DNA of 64,000 bases, taken from Macrostomum lignano. Taxonomy: Eukaryota. The position numbers were made by a program, and so were the translations under genes. The notes under the pieces are model-generated. The model worked only from the letters and a program-made list of their open reading frames with translations. It was not told the DNA's origin and did not search any database. Where the stretch lies: positions 62,001-126,000 of the forward strand of contig NIVC01001816.1 of NCBI GenBank assembly GCA_002269645.1, written 5' to 3'. Shown in pieces: positions 1 to 12,729 of the stretch (position 1 is its first letter; each line of letters opens with the position of its first letter).

Positions 1-2686
1 TCCAGCTGGCTGAGAGTTCGAAAAAGCGACGATTCGAACGATTTCTGACTTGGCTGATCGGGTCTGTTGGGATCTGAGCCGAGCAGGGAGCCTCGGTGAT
101 TTGCTAGGGACTCCAGATCGACTACCTGGTAATTGTAAAAAAGGAAGTCAAGTTTTAAATGACCCTTTTCGGGCAGGTTATTTACAGGCAATTCTAGTCT
201 AGTTCTACTAAATCTAGTCAGTTCAAACGGCCCTTTTAAGGCAGGTTAATTACAGACACTTTTAGTCTAGTCTAGTTCTACTAAATCTAGTCGGTTAAAA
301 CGGCCCTTTTAAGGCAGGTTACTTACAGTCACTTCTAGTCTAGTCTAGTTCTACTAAATCTAGTCAGTTAAAACGGCCCTTTTAAGGCAGGTTACCTACA
401 GACACTTTTAGTCTAGTTCTACTAAATCTAGTCAGTTAAAACGGCCCTTTTAAGGCAGGTTACCTACAGACACTTTTAGTCTAGTTCTACTAAATCTAGT
501 CAGTTAAAACGGCCCTTTTAAGGCAGGTTAATTACAGACACTTCTAGTTCTACTGAATCTAGTCAGTTAAAACGGCCCTTTTAAGGCAGGATACTTTTTT
601 TTATTAGAGGCAGGGGGGTTGTGTGCACCCTGGCGCACTTTAAGCGACATGGGCACGCAACCGGCGAGAGGCATTACTGCCCATTCCGCCGACTCCCCTG
701 AGCAGGCACACAAGCGCGCGGATACGTACGCAGGCACACACTCACACAGGAGTGTACAGCGGCCCTAACTTTATATTATCGTTAGGCATGTACACTTCAC
801 TGCGCCTTGGGGGGTTGGCTCTCAAGGCCGTTAATTGCACGAGCAGAGCCAAGCCGAGATTCCAATTTAGCCCCAAATTAATGTGACTGCACTTGGAATC
901 GAGCCTGGGTCGCTGGCACACCAGAGCAGCTGCGCTACCGCTGGGCTACGCCCCCCCTAGGCAGGATACTTACAGACACTTCTAGTTCTACTACATCTAG
1001 TTCAGTTAAAACGGCCCTTTTCAGGCAGGTAATTACAGATTACTAATGTTATGCTCATAAGCAAAAACTTACACCTAAAATGGCTAAAATTAAAACGGCT
1101 CTTTTCGGGCAGCGCTTTAAAAACTAGACGAGATCTACTGTTAACTCTATAAAACAGTATAATTGCATACCTGCTCTCCTTGTCTAGCCAATCGTTCAAG
1201 CAGGTAAGTCTTGCCTGAACCTGTCAGCCCAGCTAAAACCACTGCGCGTTTAAGTCGTCCAACAGGCGGCTCAACACCGGCAAGGTCATTCAGTGACTTC
1301 ACAACGACGCGCCTGTAGGCCCGGTAGCCGCCGGCAAGAACTGTTGGCTGGTAGCCAATCTGGGAAAGCACGATCGCTAGAGAGTGGGAGCGCTGGCCGC
1401 CGCGCCAGCAGTAGATTAAAGGCCTGGCGAGGATTTCAATAATTATGGAGAATTATGAAATTTGCAAGACACCTTGCGACGCATTTTAGGGCACTAAGAT
1501 ATTGGGATGCGAAGATATAATTCTAATAATTTAAGGATTTTTTGCAATGGGAAAAGGGGATTTTGTAGACACATCTACTCCATCTAGTCAGTTTCTAACC
1601 AGGATTCTGGGAAAGGGGATTTTGTAGGATTTCAGGCAAAGGGGATATTGTAGGATTCCAGGCAAAGGGGACTTTGTAGGATTCTAAGTAAAGGGGATTT
1701 TGTAGGATTCTAGGTAAAAGGGGATTTTGTGGGATTCTAAGAAATGGGGATTTTGTAGGATTCTACAAAAAATGGGGATTTTGTAGGATCCTAGAAAAAT
1801 TGGGATTTGTGGGATTCTAGGAAATGGGGATTTTTGTAGAATTCTAAGAAATGGGGATTTTGTAGGATTCTAAGAAAAAGGATTTTGTAGGATTCTAGGA
1901 AATAAGGATTTTGTAGGATTCTAGGAAATAAGGATTTTGTAGGATTCTAGGAAATAAGGATTTTGTAGGATTCTAGGAAATAAGGATTTTGTAGGATTCT
2001 AGGAAATAAGGATTTCGTAGGATTCTAGGAAATAAGGATTTTGTAGGATTCTAGGAAATAAGGATTTTGTAGGATTCTAGGAAATAAGGATTTCGTAGGA
2101 TTCTAGGAAATAAGGATTTTGTAGGATTCTAGGAAATAAGGATTTTGTAGGATTCTAGGAAACAAGGATTTTGTAGGATTCTAGGAAATAAGGATTATGT
2201 AGGATTCTAGGAAATAAGGATTTTGCAGGATTCTAGGAAATAAGGATTTTGTATGATTCTAGGACTCTAGACTCACCTAAAATCGACACTCTTATCAGCA
2301 AAGTGAGTGCCCAGCAGTTCACCAATTCTCTGACTAATCACAGAGGCTCCCAAGCGTCGCCCATCAAACGGCGATCGGGCGAATGTTTTACCAATCGCTG
2401 CTCGATCCCCGTCGCCTAATAGCGGCAGATTAACAGCTCCGGGCAGGTGATCGTCTGCAAATTCTGACGGAGTTCGAACGTCAATCACTTCGTCATAGGC
2501 TGCCCAATTCAATGGGTTGGGTTCTGTTTGAATCGAACTGTTGTTATTGTTATGCTTGATGTTGTAGCTAAATGTGCTGCACCTGTTTAACTGGTAGCGG
2601 CTGAACACGCGACACACCGTCGCTAAGGCCGCGGTGGTGACACGGCAGCGACCGAACTGCAACCAAGCCAGTGACAGGTTATGCAT
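1..2686 (-). CDS. selU: tRNA 2-selenouridine synthase (SelU/MnmH/YbbB family), rhodanese + P-loop, with N-terminal transit-peptide-like extension; 3' part runs off the left edge
   Basis: Exons 2686-2277, 1423-1171 and 125-<1, all GT-AG with matching phases (2, 0). Spliced protein has IDVRTPSEFADDHLPGAVNLPLL, LIYCWRGGQRS (rhodanese Cys motif), GGYRAYRR, Walker A GLTGSGKT and VVDLESLANHRGSLLG...QPSQKSFE, in the order I recall for E. coli SelU. First ~50 aa are Arg/Ser/Thr-rich with no acidic residues. The ORF-track start at 2698 is TTG; first ATG is at 2686. Confidence 0.92.
200..590. repeat. Tandem minisatellite, ~59-70 bp unit (GGCCCTTTTAAGGCAGGTTACCTACAGACACTTTTAGTCTAGTTCTACTAAATCTAGTCAGTTAAAAC), SelU intron 2
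   Basis: About 6 copies read directly; degenerate copies continue after the SINE at ~960-1140. Confidence 0.9.
596..958 (-). mobile_element. tRNA-derived SINE (family A), full length, with 12-bp TSD
   Basis: The reverse complement begins GGGGGGGCGTAGCCCAGCGGTAGCG (A box) and contains GGCTCGATTCC (B box). It ends in an A-rich tail. AGGCAGGATACT flanks it at 584-595 and 959-970. Near-identical to the copy at 18914-19275. Confidence 0.9.
1545..2265. repeat. Tandem repeat, ~26-bp unit GGATTTTGTAGGATTCTAGGAAATAA, filling SelU intron 1
   Basis: Read directly; homogeneous near the donor (1880-2265) and degenerate toward the acceptor. Confidence 0.9.
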
Positions 2687-2769
2687 GATAATATTCAAGG
2701 TACGTTTTTGATAATTAGGGCGATTTAAAAAATCTTTACAAAATTCCAGGAGGCTCTTAGAGCGATTGG

Positions 2770-3650
2770 ATTCTGGGGCGATTCTAAGGGAGGTTCCGGG
2801 GCGATTCTAAGGGAGGTTCCGGGGCGATTCTAAGGGGAGATTCTGGGGCGATTCTAAGGAGGATTCTGGGCGATTCTAAGGAGGATTCTGGGGCGATTCT
2901 AAGGGGGATTCTGTGGCGATTCTAAGGGGGATTCCAGGGCGATTCTAAGGGAGATTTCGGGGCGATTCTAAGGGGGATTCTGGGGCGATTCTAAGGGAGG
3001 TTCTGGGGCGATTCTAAGGGAGGTTCCGGGGCGATTCAAAGTGGGATTCTGGGGCGATTTTAAGGGGGATTCCGGGGCGATTCTAAGGGGGATTCTGGGG
3101 CGATTCTAAGGGAGATTCTGGGGCGATTCAAAGTGGGATTCTGGGGCGATTCTAAGGAGGATTCCGGGGCGATTCTAAGGGGGATTCTGGGGCGATTCTA
3201 AGGGGGATTCTGGGGCGATTCTAAGGGAGGTTCTGGGGCGATTCTGGGGCGATTCTAAGTGGGATTCTAGGGCGATTCTAAGGGGGATTCCGGGGCGATT
3301 CTAAGGGGATTCTGGGGCGATTCTAAGGGGGATTCTGGGGCGATTCTAAGTGGGATTCTGGGGCGATTCTAAGGGAGGTTCTGGGCGATTCTAAGGGAGG
3401 TTCTGGGGCGATTCTAAGGGGGATTCCGGGGCGATTCTAAGGGGGATTATGGAGCGATTCTAAGGGAGGTTCTGGGGCGATTTTAAGTGGTATTCTGGGG
3501 CGATTCTAAGGGAGGTTCTGGGGCGATTCAAAGAGGAATTCTGGGGCGATTCTAAATGGGATTCTGGGGCGATTTAAAGGGCAATTCTGGGGCGATTCTA
3601 AAATGGAGATTCTGGGGCGGTTTTAAGGGAGATTATGGGGCGATTTTAAG
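2770..3650. repeat. G-rich tandem repeat, ~21-bp unit GGGGCGATTCTAAGGGAGATTC, between the YIPF1 stop and the SelU start
   Basis: About 40 degenerate copies read directly. Confidence 0.9.
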
Positions 3651-4328
3651 GAAGTTTTTTAAGTCGTTTTAGCAGAGATACTTCACGATGACAATATCTA
3701 TTTACAGTAAATTGGCAAGCTATTCAACAAAAACATTAAACAAACAAAAAAAGTTAAACAATTCTAGAAGCAGTGTATTTATATGAATGGCATTTGATCA
3801 AAGCAGTACTTGACTCCCTCAAAACTAAATCTACTAAAATCAGAACTGTATACAGTTTACATTTCAAAACTGAATAAATTGTCATAGGGAATGCATTTGA
3901 CACCGTTACAATCGTTACAATTTACTGTATTACAAGCGTTACACACTACTGAAGATATAGTAGATAGTCTTACTTACAATTTTACAAAAAAATCGATATA
4001 AACCGACACCAATAGCCAAATAAAAATATCAAACGAGTCATAAACGGTACAAGTCGCCCCAGAGTCACCAGTGAGTTGTTTGCAATGACTCTTTCGCAAT
4101 TCTTGTTAGGGTAAGGTTTTCAACCGGACAGCCAAAGCAAAACAAATTACACATTGTATATCATCTTTTATACCTTGGTAATGGTTTACCTTCAAGAAAT
4201 TTTAAATTCAAAACGTTACATTTCCAATGGTGTCTACACTAGTCTATATTTAACCATGTGTTCCAATAATTAGATGTATAGCAGAAACATTAATGGGGTC
4301 GAGCATTTACAGACTACAGCTTTTTTAT

Positions 4329-4509
4329 TCAACCGCTTGGGGTCTTGCGAGTTGTCGCGGCTGCCCGAGTGGTTGCCGAGGTTCTGCCGGAATAAGCTGG
4401 CGTCGCGGGCGAACTGGCTGACCCGCCACCGCCGCTTGTGACGTGGAAGAAATACAGCTGAAATGTATTGTTGCTAACTGCTGGAATACTGCTGTTGGCA
4501 GACAGACAC

Positions 4510-4564
<55 letters not shown>

Positions 4565-4645
4565 CACAGACAGATAGACAGACAGACAGACAGGCAGACA
4601 GACACACAGACAGACAGACAGACAGACAGACAGGCAGACAGACAC

Positions 4646-4676
<31 letters not shown>

Positions 4677-4683
4677 CACAGAC

Positions 4684-4720
<37 letters not shown>

Positions 4721-4721
4721 C

Positions 4722-4764
<43 letters not shown>

Positions 4765-4805
4765 CACAGACAGATAGACAGACAGACAGACAGGCAGACA
4801 GACAC

Positions 4806-4840
<35 letters not shown>

Positions 4841-4847
4841 CACAGAC

Positions 4848-4896
<49 letters not shown>

Positions 4897-4963
4897 CACA
4901 GACAGACACACAGACAGACACACAGACAGACACACAGACAGACACACAGATAGACACACAGAC

Positions 4964-5036
<73 letters not shown>

Positions 5037-5067
5037 CACAGACAGATAGACAGACAGATAGACAGAC

Positions 5068-5108
<41 letters not shown>

Positions 5109-5109
5109 C

Positions 5110-5148
<39 letters not shown>

Positions 5149-5750
5149 CACAGAGCCCTCACCTTGAAGCCAACAGCCAGGGCAGCGTGCAGCAGCATGG
5201 CGGCAGTCAACAATCCCACAGCTGTCCGCCGCTCCCCAGAGGACACGCTGGGCCACAGCGAGAGGGCCAGCACAGTGCCGGACAGGGCCATGGCCAGCAG
5301 TATCAGCGCCCACTGCACAGCGGCCAGCTGTATAACGCACAGCACGGACACGGGGATGTAGATTGACAGGGAATAGCCGTACAGACACAGCAGCTCCAGG
5401 TAGGCATACTTCTCTGGCACCTGGCGCCACCAGGTGACCGCCCACAGCAGCAGCGGCACCAGCCACCAGTACAGATAAATTGCCGTGGCGGCGAATGTCA
5501 CCTTGCGAAAATCGTAAACCCACACGTAGTTGCCGCCGGCTGCTGATGTTTGGAAATAATCCGCCAGATTGCCGGCTATGGCGGTGACGAACACCAGGGT
5601 GGTGCACACCCAGAACGGGCCGTAAAGGTCCGGCGAGTGACGGATATCGTCAGATACTAGATTGCGGTTGGGTCTGGGCACGAAGGAGCTGAGGATGCGC
5701 TTGCCCACCTGGGAATGGATAGATAGATGCATAGATAGATAGATAGATAC

Positions 5751-5784
<34 letters not shown>

Positions 5785-5806
5785 GGATAGATAGATAGAT
5801 AGATCA

Positions 5807-5868
<62 letters not shown>

Positions 5869-5870
5869 CA

Positions 5871-5901
<31 letters not shown>

Positions 5902-5966
5902 CATAGATAGATATATAGATACATAGATAGATAGATAGATAGATACATAGATAGATATATAGATAC

Positions 5967-6008
<42 letters not shown>

Positions 6009-6009
6009 G

Positions 6010-6053
<44 letters not shown>

Positions 6054-6178
6054 CATAGATAGATAGATAGATAGATGGATAGATATATAGGTACATAGAT
6101 AGATATATAGATAGATAGATAGATAGATGGATAGATAGATAGATAGATATATAGATACATAGATAGATAGATAGATAC

Positions 6179-6216
<38 letters not shown>

Positions 6217-6217
6217 G

Positions 6218-6269
<52 letters not shown>

Positions 6270-6270
6270 C

Positions 6271-6304
<34 letters not shown>

Positions 6305-6413
6305 GGATAGATAGATACATAGATAGATATATAGATACATAGATAGATAGATAGATAGATACATAGATAGATATATAGATACATAGATAGATAGATAGAT
6401 AGATAGATAGATG

Positions 6414-6453
<40 letters not shown>

Positions 6454-6574
6454 CATAGATAGATAGATAGATGGATAGATATATAGGTACATAGATAGAT
6501 ATATAGATAGATAGATAGATAGATGGATAGATAGATAGATAGATATATAGATACATAGATAGATAGATAGATAC

Positions 6575-6628
<54 letters not shown>

Positions 6629-6629
6629 G

Positions 6630-6681
<52 letters not shown>

Positions 6682-6818
6682 CATAGATAGATAGATAGAT
6701 AGATGGATAGATAGATAGATATATAGATACATAGATAGATATATAGATAGATAGATAGATAGATGGATAGATAGATACATAGATAGATATATAGATACAT
6801 AGATAGATAGATAGATAC

Positions 6819-6876
<58 letters not shown>

Positions 6877-6877
6877 G

Positions 6878-6933
<56 letters not shown>

Positions 6934-7050
6934 CATAGATAGATAGATAGATGGATAGATAGATAGATAGATATATAGATACATAGATAGATATATAGAT
7001 AGATAGATAGATAGATGGATAGATAGATACATAGATAGATATATAGATAC

Positions 7051-7092
<42 letters not shown>

Positions 7093-7093
7093 G

Positions 7094-7137
<44 letters not shown>

Positions 7138-7149
7138 CATAGATAGATG

Positions 7150-7189
<40 letters not shown>

Positions 7190-7326
7190 TATAGATACAT
7201 AGATAGATAGATAGATACATAGATAGATAGATAGATGGATAGATAGATAGATAGATAGATAGATACATAGATAGATATATAAATACATAGATAGATAGAT
7301 AGATAGATAGACAGATAGATGGATAG

Positions 7327-7357
<31 letters not shown>

Positions 7358-7378
7358 CATAGATAGATATATAGATAC

Positions 7379-7420
<42 letters not shown>

Positions 7421-7421
7421 G

Positions 7422-7453
<32 letters not shown>

Positions 7454-7490
7454 CATAGATAGATAGATACATAGATAGATATATAGATAC

Positions 7491-7553
<63 letters not shown>

Positions 7554-7605
7554 CATTGATAGATAGATAGATACATAGATAGATAGATAGATAGATAGAT
7601 AGATG

Positions 7606-7637
<32 letters not shown>

Positions 7638-7675
7638 CATAGATAGATAGATACATAGATAGATAGATAGCTAGC

Positions 7676-7706
<31 letters not shown>

Positions 7707-7734
7707 ATAGATAGATTAATAGATAAATAAATAA

Positions 7735-7818
<84 letters not shown>

Positions 7819-7819
7819 G

Positions 7820-7865
<46 letters not shown>

Positions 7866-8310
7866 AATAGGTAGGCAGATAGGCAGACAAGTAGTTTTAT
7901 AAACACGCTAAGCAACCCACCTGGTTGGTATCCACATCAAAGAACTGTTGATAATAGGCCATAGACAGCACGCTGGGCTTTTTAGCTGCTTCTTCAGTGG
8001 TTTCGCCATCTTCTCCATCAGCTCCGCCATCTCTGATCAGCTTGGCCCTGTCTCCAGCGGTGCTACCCGGTCTGTCATAATGCACATCGTCATCTTCGTC
8101 TCCATCATCGAGGCCCACAGAGGTGTCCCTAGCTGGGAATTCTTTGTGCGGACTGTTTAAGTCCACTTTGGTGTATTCCACGTCTAAAGGAGAAATTGAG
8201 GGCAGAAATATAATCTTGAAATAATTAACTAATTTGCGATTGCTCTTTTAACGATAGTAAAGGTTAGAAAAAAACTAATCATTTAACTCACCTTTAAAAC
8301 TTCTAGCCAT
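4329..8310 (-). CDS. YIPF1: Yip1-domain Golgi membrane protein, YIPF1/YIPF2 orthologue (~318 aa)
   Basis: Exons 8310-8292, 8183-7921, 5708-5163 and 4457-4329 sum to 957 nt with consistent phases. Motifs [51 protein letters not shown] and AVGFKLYFF are typical of YIPF1/2. Confidence 0.93.
4500..5150. repeat. (GACA)n microsatellite forming nearly all of YIPF1 intron 3 (4458-5162)
   Basis: Read directly; starts ~12 nt after the donor. Confidence 0.97.
5716..7885. repeat. (GATA)n microsatellite, ~2.2 kb, forming nearly all of YIPF1 intron 2 (5709-7920)
   Basis: Read directly; GATA/GATG/TACA variants; abuts the acceptor. Confidence 0.97.
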
Positions 8311-9904
8311 TTTTACTTCTATTTAACAGAGAGCTAGAAAGTTGAGTGTAGATAAACTGTAGAATACCTAGAAATATTCAAATATCAATATAAAATAGCC
8401 AAAATCATGTTCATAGACACCAAGCATAAATGACCTGGTTTAAGTGGATCCTAGTCATTTTGTCAGCTTGTCCACATGTGGAAAGGGGGCCACTTCTTTA
8501 GTAAATTTGTCAATAGGCCAATTATAAGATAAATAAAGTTAGTCATAAAATTAAAAACAATACAATGCAAATAGCCAAATATCAACACTATTCTTTCTTA
8601 TCTTGGCTTAGGACAAGACCCAAGACCTAAGATTCGTGGAAGTTGCCTATAGTGTTATGATTTTGTATGAGGATATGGCAGATTTGAAAAGCCCTAATGC
8701 AGAACATCGTTCTTAGCTCCTATCTCTGCAGTGTAAAAGTTCCAATGTACGATCAAACTTACGCTATGACAGCTATATATTGTGACCCCTAAATTCTTAG
8801 AATGAAACTCTATAAGCCTAGTTTAAAAGCTCAGTGTCAAGTCAGTTTACATCAACGCTGATAAGAATCCACTTGCAAAGCATCTGTAGTAAGTAATAAT
8901 TGACAGACCAACTTCACAAGCAATCAAAACAAGCAAGCAGACAAGAAAATATTCTAATTTGGCAAGTTAAAACCTTGCAATTGTGATTGCAAATTTCTAG
9001 GAAGCAGATGACGTAGGGCTTACTTCTGCCTCTATTAATAATATCCTACTATTGCCACCAAAGTTGTTACAGGCCTTTTAACTCCCTATGAGGATCCCAC
9101 TAGATGCCACCAAAAGCTGCCATAGGGCTCCGTCTCTCTATACAATTTCAACCGCTGACACCAAAGTTGTTACAGGGGTTATTTCTTCTTGTTAATATTG
9201 CTGGTTATTATCTGTTTTTTACTAGTAGCGTATGTACTTCTATTGGTAGCGTATGTACTCTTATTGGTAGCGTATGTACTTTTATTGGCCTGAGCGGTCT
9301 TCTGGCACTAATCCTCTAACTCTATGTATCCCCAATTTACTCCTCTAGGAGGGTTTCTCTCAGTCCGGGCGTTGCCGGGATCAGAGGGTCACAGCGCACT
9401 TTGCTGGGTATTCGGCCCTGAGGCGGGTTTCTCAGACTCTAAGCCTGGATTTCTCTACCCTGTGGTAGGATTTCTGCCTTTCTAAAGGCGGGTTACTAGA
9501 CTTCTAAGTCTAGGGTTCCTCAGATCCTAGATCTGGTTATCTCGTCCTCTGAGGACAGATTGTACTCCCAACCTTGGGGCAATTCCTATACTAGTATCTA
9601 CTACTAAAAAAAATTAGTAATACTGGAACAACTCTTAAACTCAGTCTGAATTTGTCTGGTTAAGCTTGTAATATTCAAGCACGAGCTCAAAGCAGAGCAA
9701 AGACTTTATTATTCTTAGCCTCTAGTGGGCTTCCTTTTATAGCAAAAATTTTAGAATGGTTTAAAACAAACTATAATATTCGTAATATGCAAAATATACA
9801 ATATATAAAAAATATTCAACATATTCGTATAGTAAAACAATAGTTATGTTTTCAAAATACAATTTCCTAGAAACTAATAAAATGCGGCCTATTACACAGA
9901 CATC

Positions 9905-10175
9905 AAAATTCTGCAAACAAAGTTTGGCAAGCAAAGTTCTTGCAAGCAAACTTTGGCAATAGAATTCCTACAAGCAAATTTCCTGCAAGCAAACTTCAGC
10001 AAGCAAAGTTTGGCAAACATAGTTTGGTGGGCGAAATTCCACAAGCAAAGTTTGGCAAGCAAAATTTGGCAAGCAAAGTTTGGCTAGCAAAATTCTGTAA
10101 GCAAAGCTCGGCAAGCAAAATTACTGCAAGCAAACTTTGGCAAGCAAACTTCCCGCAAGCAAATGTCATACTCCT
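9905..10175. repeat. Degenerate ~15-bp subrepeat array (GCAAGCAAAGTTTG), related to the foldback arms at 12730-13995
   Basis: Shares the GCAAACxTxxG subrepeat style with the foldback arms; ends GCAAATGTCATACTCC. Confidence 0.65.
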
Positions 10176-12729
10176 GAGTTCTTTAGGCCTATAGACCCTG
10201 GCATTAGCTATCAGCCAATAGGTCAGGGGGTCACCTACTGATTTTTATGCTGCTAGCATCAAGAAGTTGCCTAAGAGATAGGACAAGTGCATAAGTCTTA
10301 AGGGTGCCTATGTTGAAAAATAAGAAGAGTAGTGTTACATTTGCTCAATCTATTAATCTGTTAGAAATGTTTGATTGCGGACTTTCCAAATAACCCTTAT
10401 AATATATACCCAAAAATTTAGGCATGCATTAGCCTTGTATGCCAAAAGTTAGACATGCACATGCACATAGCTAGGCCTAGGCTTATACCTAGCCTAGCTA
10501 ACTTAAGAACCCAATCAAATATTTTCCATTATAATTAAAAACATAGACCTATAAATATAATTTATAAACAAACTTATCTCCTAAGCCCATTATCATAGAC
10601 TAGACCTAGATCTAGGCTAGCTAAAACTAGTTAAGAGCCAATTATGTCAAAAAACTAAGGGAAAAGGCTCTAATTGTTTGCTTTGCTAGGATTGGAATTT
10701 AGCAGGTTTAGGTTCAAAATCCTTGTTTTCTTATAATGATAATATTGCTATAAAAAAGGGACATTGCATTAAATTGATGTCTTTTTTTTCACAAAAAGGC
10801 CACTTTCTAGTTTTCTAATCAGATACATCTATATAGGCCTATGGCCATGGGGGTAGGGCAGGGGGCCCTACTAAAATTATTATAGCAAAATGTATTATGT
10901 TTGCAAATTGCTATGGCCTATGACATCTTAAATTATGTCAAAGTACAGACTGTACAGGCAATTAGCTATAGCCATATAGTCTACAAGTTTTATATAAAAA
11001 AGATACTAGCTATCCTAAAAAGAATTCTCTACAAACCACACCCAGTACATTTTCTATATTTCTACATTTTAAAAAAGTATTGCTTGCTAACTAAGGCTAG
11101 GCCTAGCTAGGCCTAGACCTAATCTAGCTAGCTAAGCCTAAGCCAAGGCCAACCAACTTAACAAGCCTGAAAATAAGGAATTTTTGGCGAAAGACGCCTC
11201 AGCGAAAGTGAATTTTAGGTTTCAATAGATGTACATTTCGGCGAAAGAAAGTGACCAGTTCGGCGAAAAGATGGGCTACGTATATATTGCAAATATACCA
11301 CTTTGGTGATTGAAGCTTTTAATAAATTGTTCATTGCAGCAAATTATTTGCAGTTAGAAAATTTAAACACTTATATAACTTAGCTCGTAGCTATGTTATG
11401 TACATGCGATCTATCGATATGCAGTCGATAGACTAGGGATGATGACGGTGTTAAAACAAAGGCTACTAAAATCGTACTTTGAAATTCCGCCATCTAATAA
11501 AGCATCTAATAAAACAACTAAATTAAACTGCGACAAAACAAAAACATATCAAGATAAAATTAGTCTTTTTAAAGTTCGTCGTTTTTTTTTTTAACTTTCT
11601 CGTAAACAAAAAACTCTTTAACAAAGCTTGGAATAAATTTTTCGCCGAAATGGTCAGCTTTAGACGAAATATGGTCATTGCGCGAAAGTAATTTTTTTTC
11701 GCCGTTATTGGGCCTTTTCATATTACCAATAACCAATTCCACTATTCCAGAACCAAATTTGGTTCGGATCTTCCAAGAAAAACAGCAGTATAACTATTTA
11801 ATTCTGTTGAATGTTTGACTGCCTTAACAATCTCACTTAGCTTAGCACAATTTTTCACTTTCTTTTTGGCGATTGTCATTTAATAATAAAAACTTTATAG
11901 CACGTATCTCCCTCTAGTTGTGGGGACAAAAATTTATACTTCACAAATTGGTTCTGGTTCTGGAACCAGAACAAGCAATATGAAAAGGCCCATTGACTTT
12001 GGCCAAAAATTCTTTCGCCGAAGTAGGTTGAAACCCCTGGCACTCCCTGCACTTGACAAATCATCATTCTATTGCCCATCATTTTTTTAATTATATTGCA
12101 TTAGGCCAGAGGGTGCAAGCAATTGAAATGCCTATAGTTAGATATAGGTAGCCTAATAGGTTATGTAGTCTATAGATATAAAATGCAGTAATGCCAGTAT
12201 ATTTATTCTTAAAAAATAGAAATGGGTGCCATTCTTTAATTTTGAGCCTAGGCCTTATTTTAGAAATCTATTTAGCAGTCTATTTTACCTATTTTTATTT
12301 TATCTATTTTACCCTCCAGAATCTATCTCCCCTTTAGCAAATTTCTGCTTTAGTTGCACTATTATTTAGGCCTAATATTGAATAATTTATTTTATTTTAC
12401 ACATTTTTCATTTAAGTGAAAATAATTATTGATTGAACTTATCTTACCTTCTTACTTTAGCCTAGGCTAGCTAGCAGCCTAGCAATATAAACAATAGTAT
12501 GAATATGAAAGTATAAGTATAAAAGAATGTCTAGATTTTATAGCTTAGCAACCTTTTTAGCCTTGATATTATAGGACATAGGGGCTAGTAATCTTTTTAG
12601 GTATGTAGTCATTTTGTCTACTGCCTTTTTGTCTACTGGTAGATAAAACAACTTTTTTAAATAAAGAATAAAATCAGCTAGGCCTACAAAACTTATATCC
12701 AATATACTAAAAATGAGTTGTTTGTATGG

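Noticed and set aside
596-958. tRNA-like sequences at SINE heads (also 18914, 26240, 50428)
   Set aside because: A and B boxes are present, but they continue into a conserved SINE body with tail and TSD and lack a full cloverleaf; not tRNA genes.
1-2698. Bacterial contamination as the source of SelU
   Set aside because: Phase-consistent spliceosomal introns containing host SINE and satellites, and contiguity with YIPF1.
4325-7915. Long ORFs reading (LSVC)n, (TDRQ)n and (IYLS)n
   Set aside because: Stop-free frames of GACA and GATA microsatellites in YIPF1 introns; only the embedded YIPF1 exons are real.
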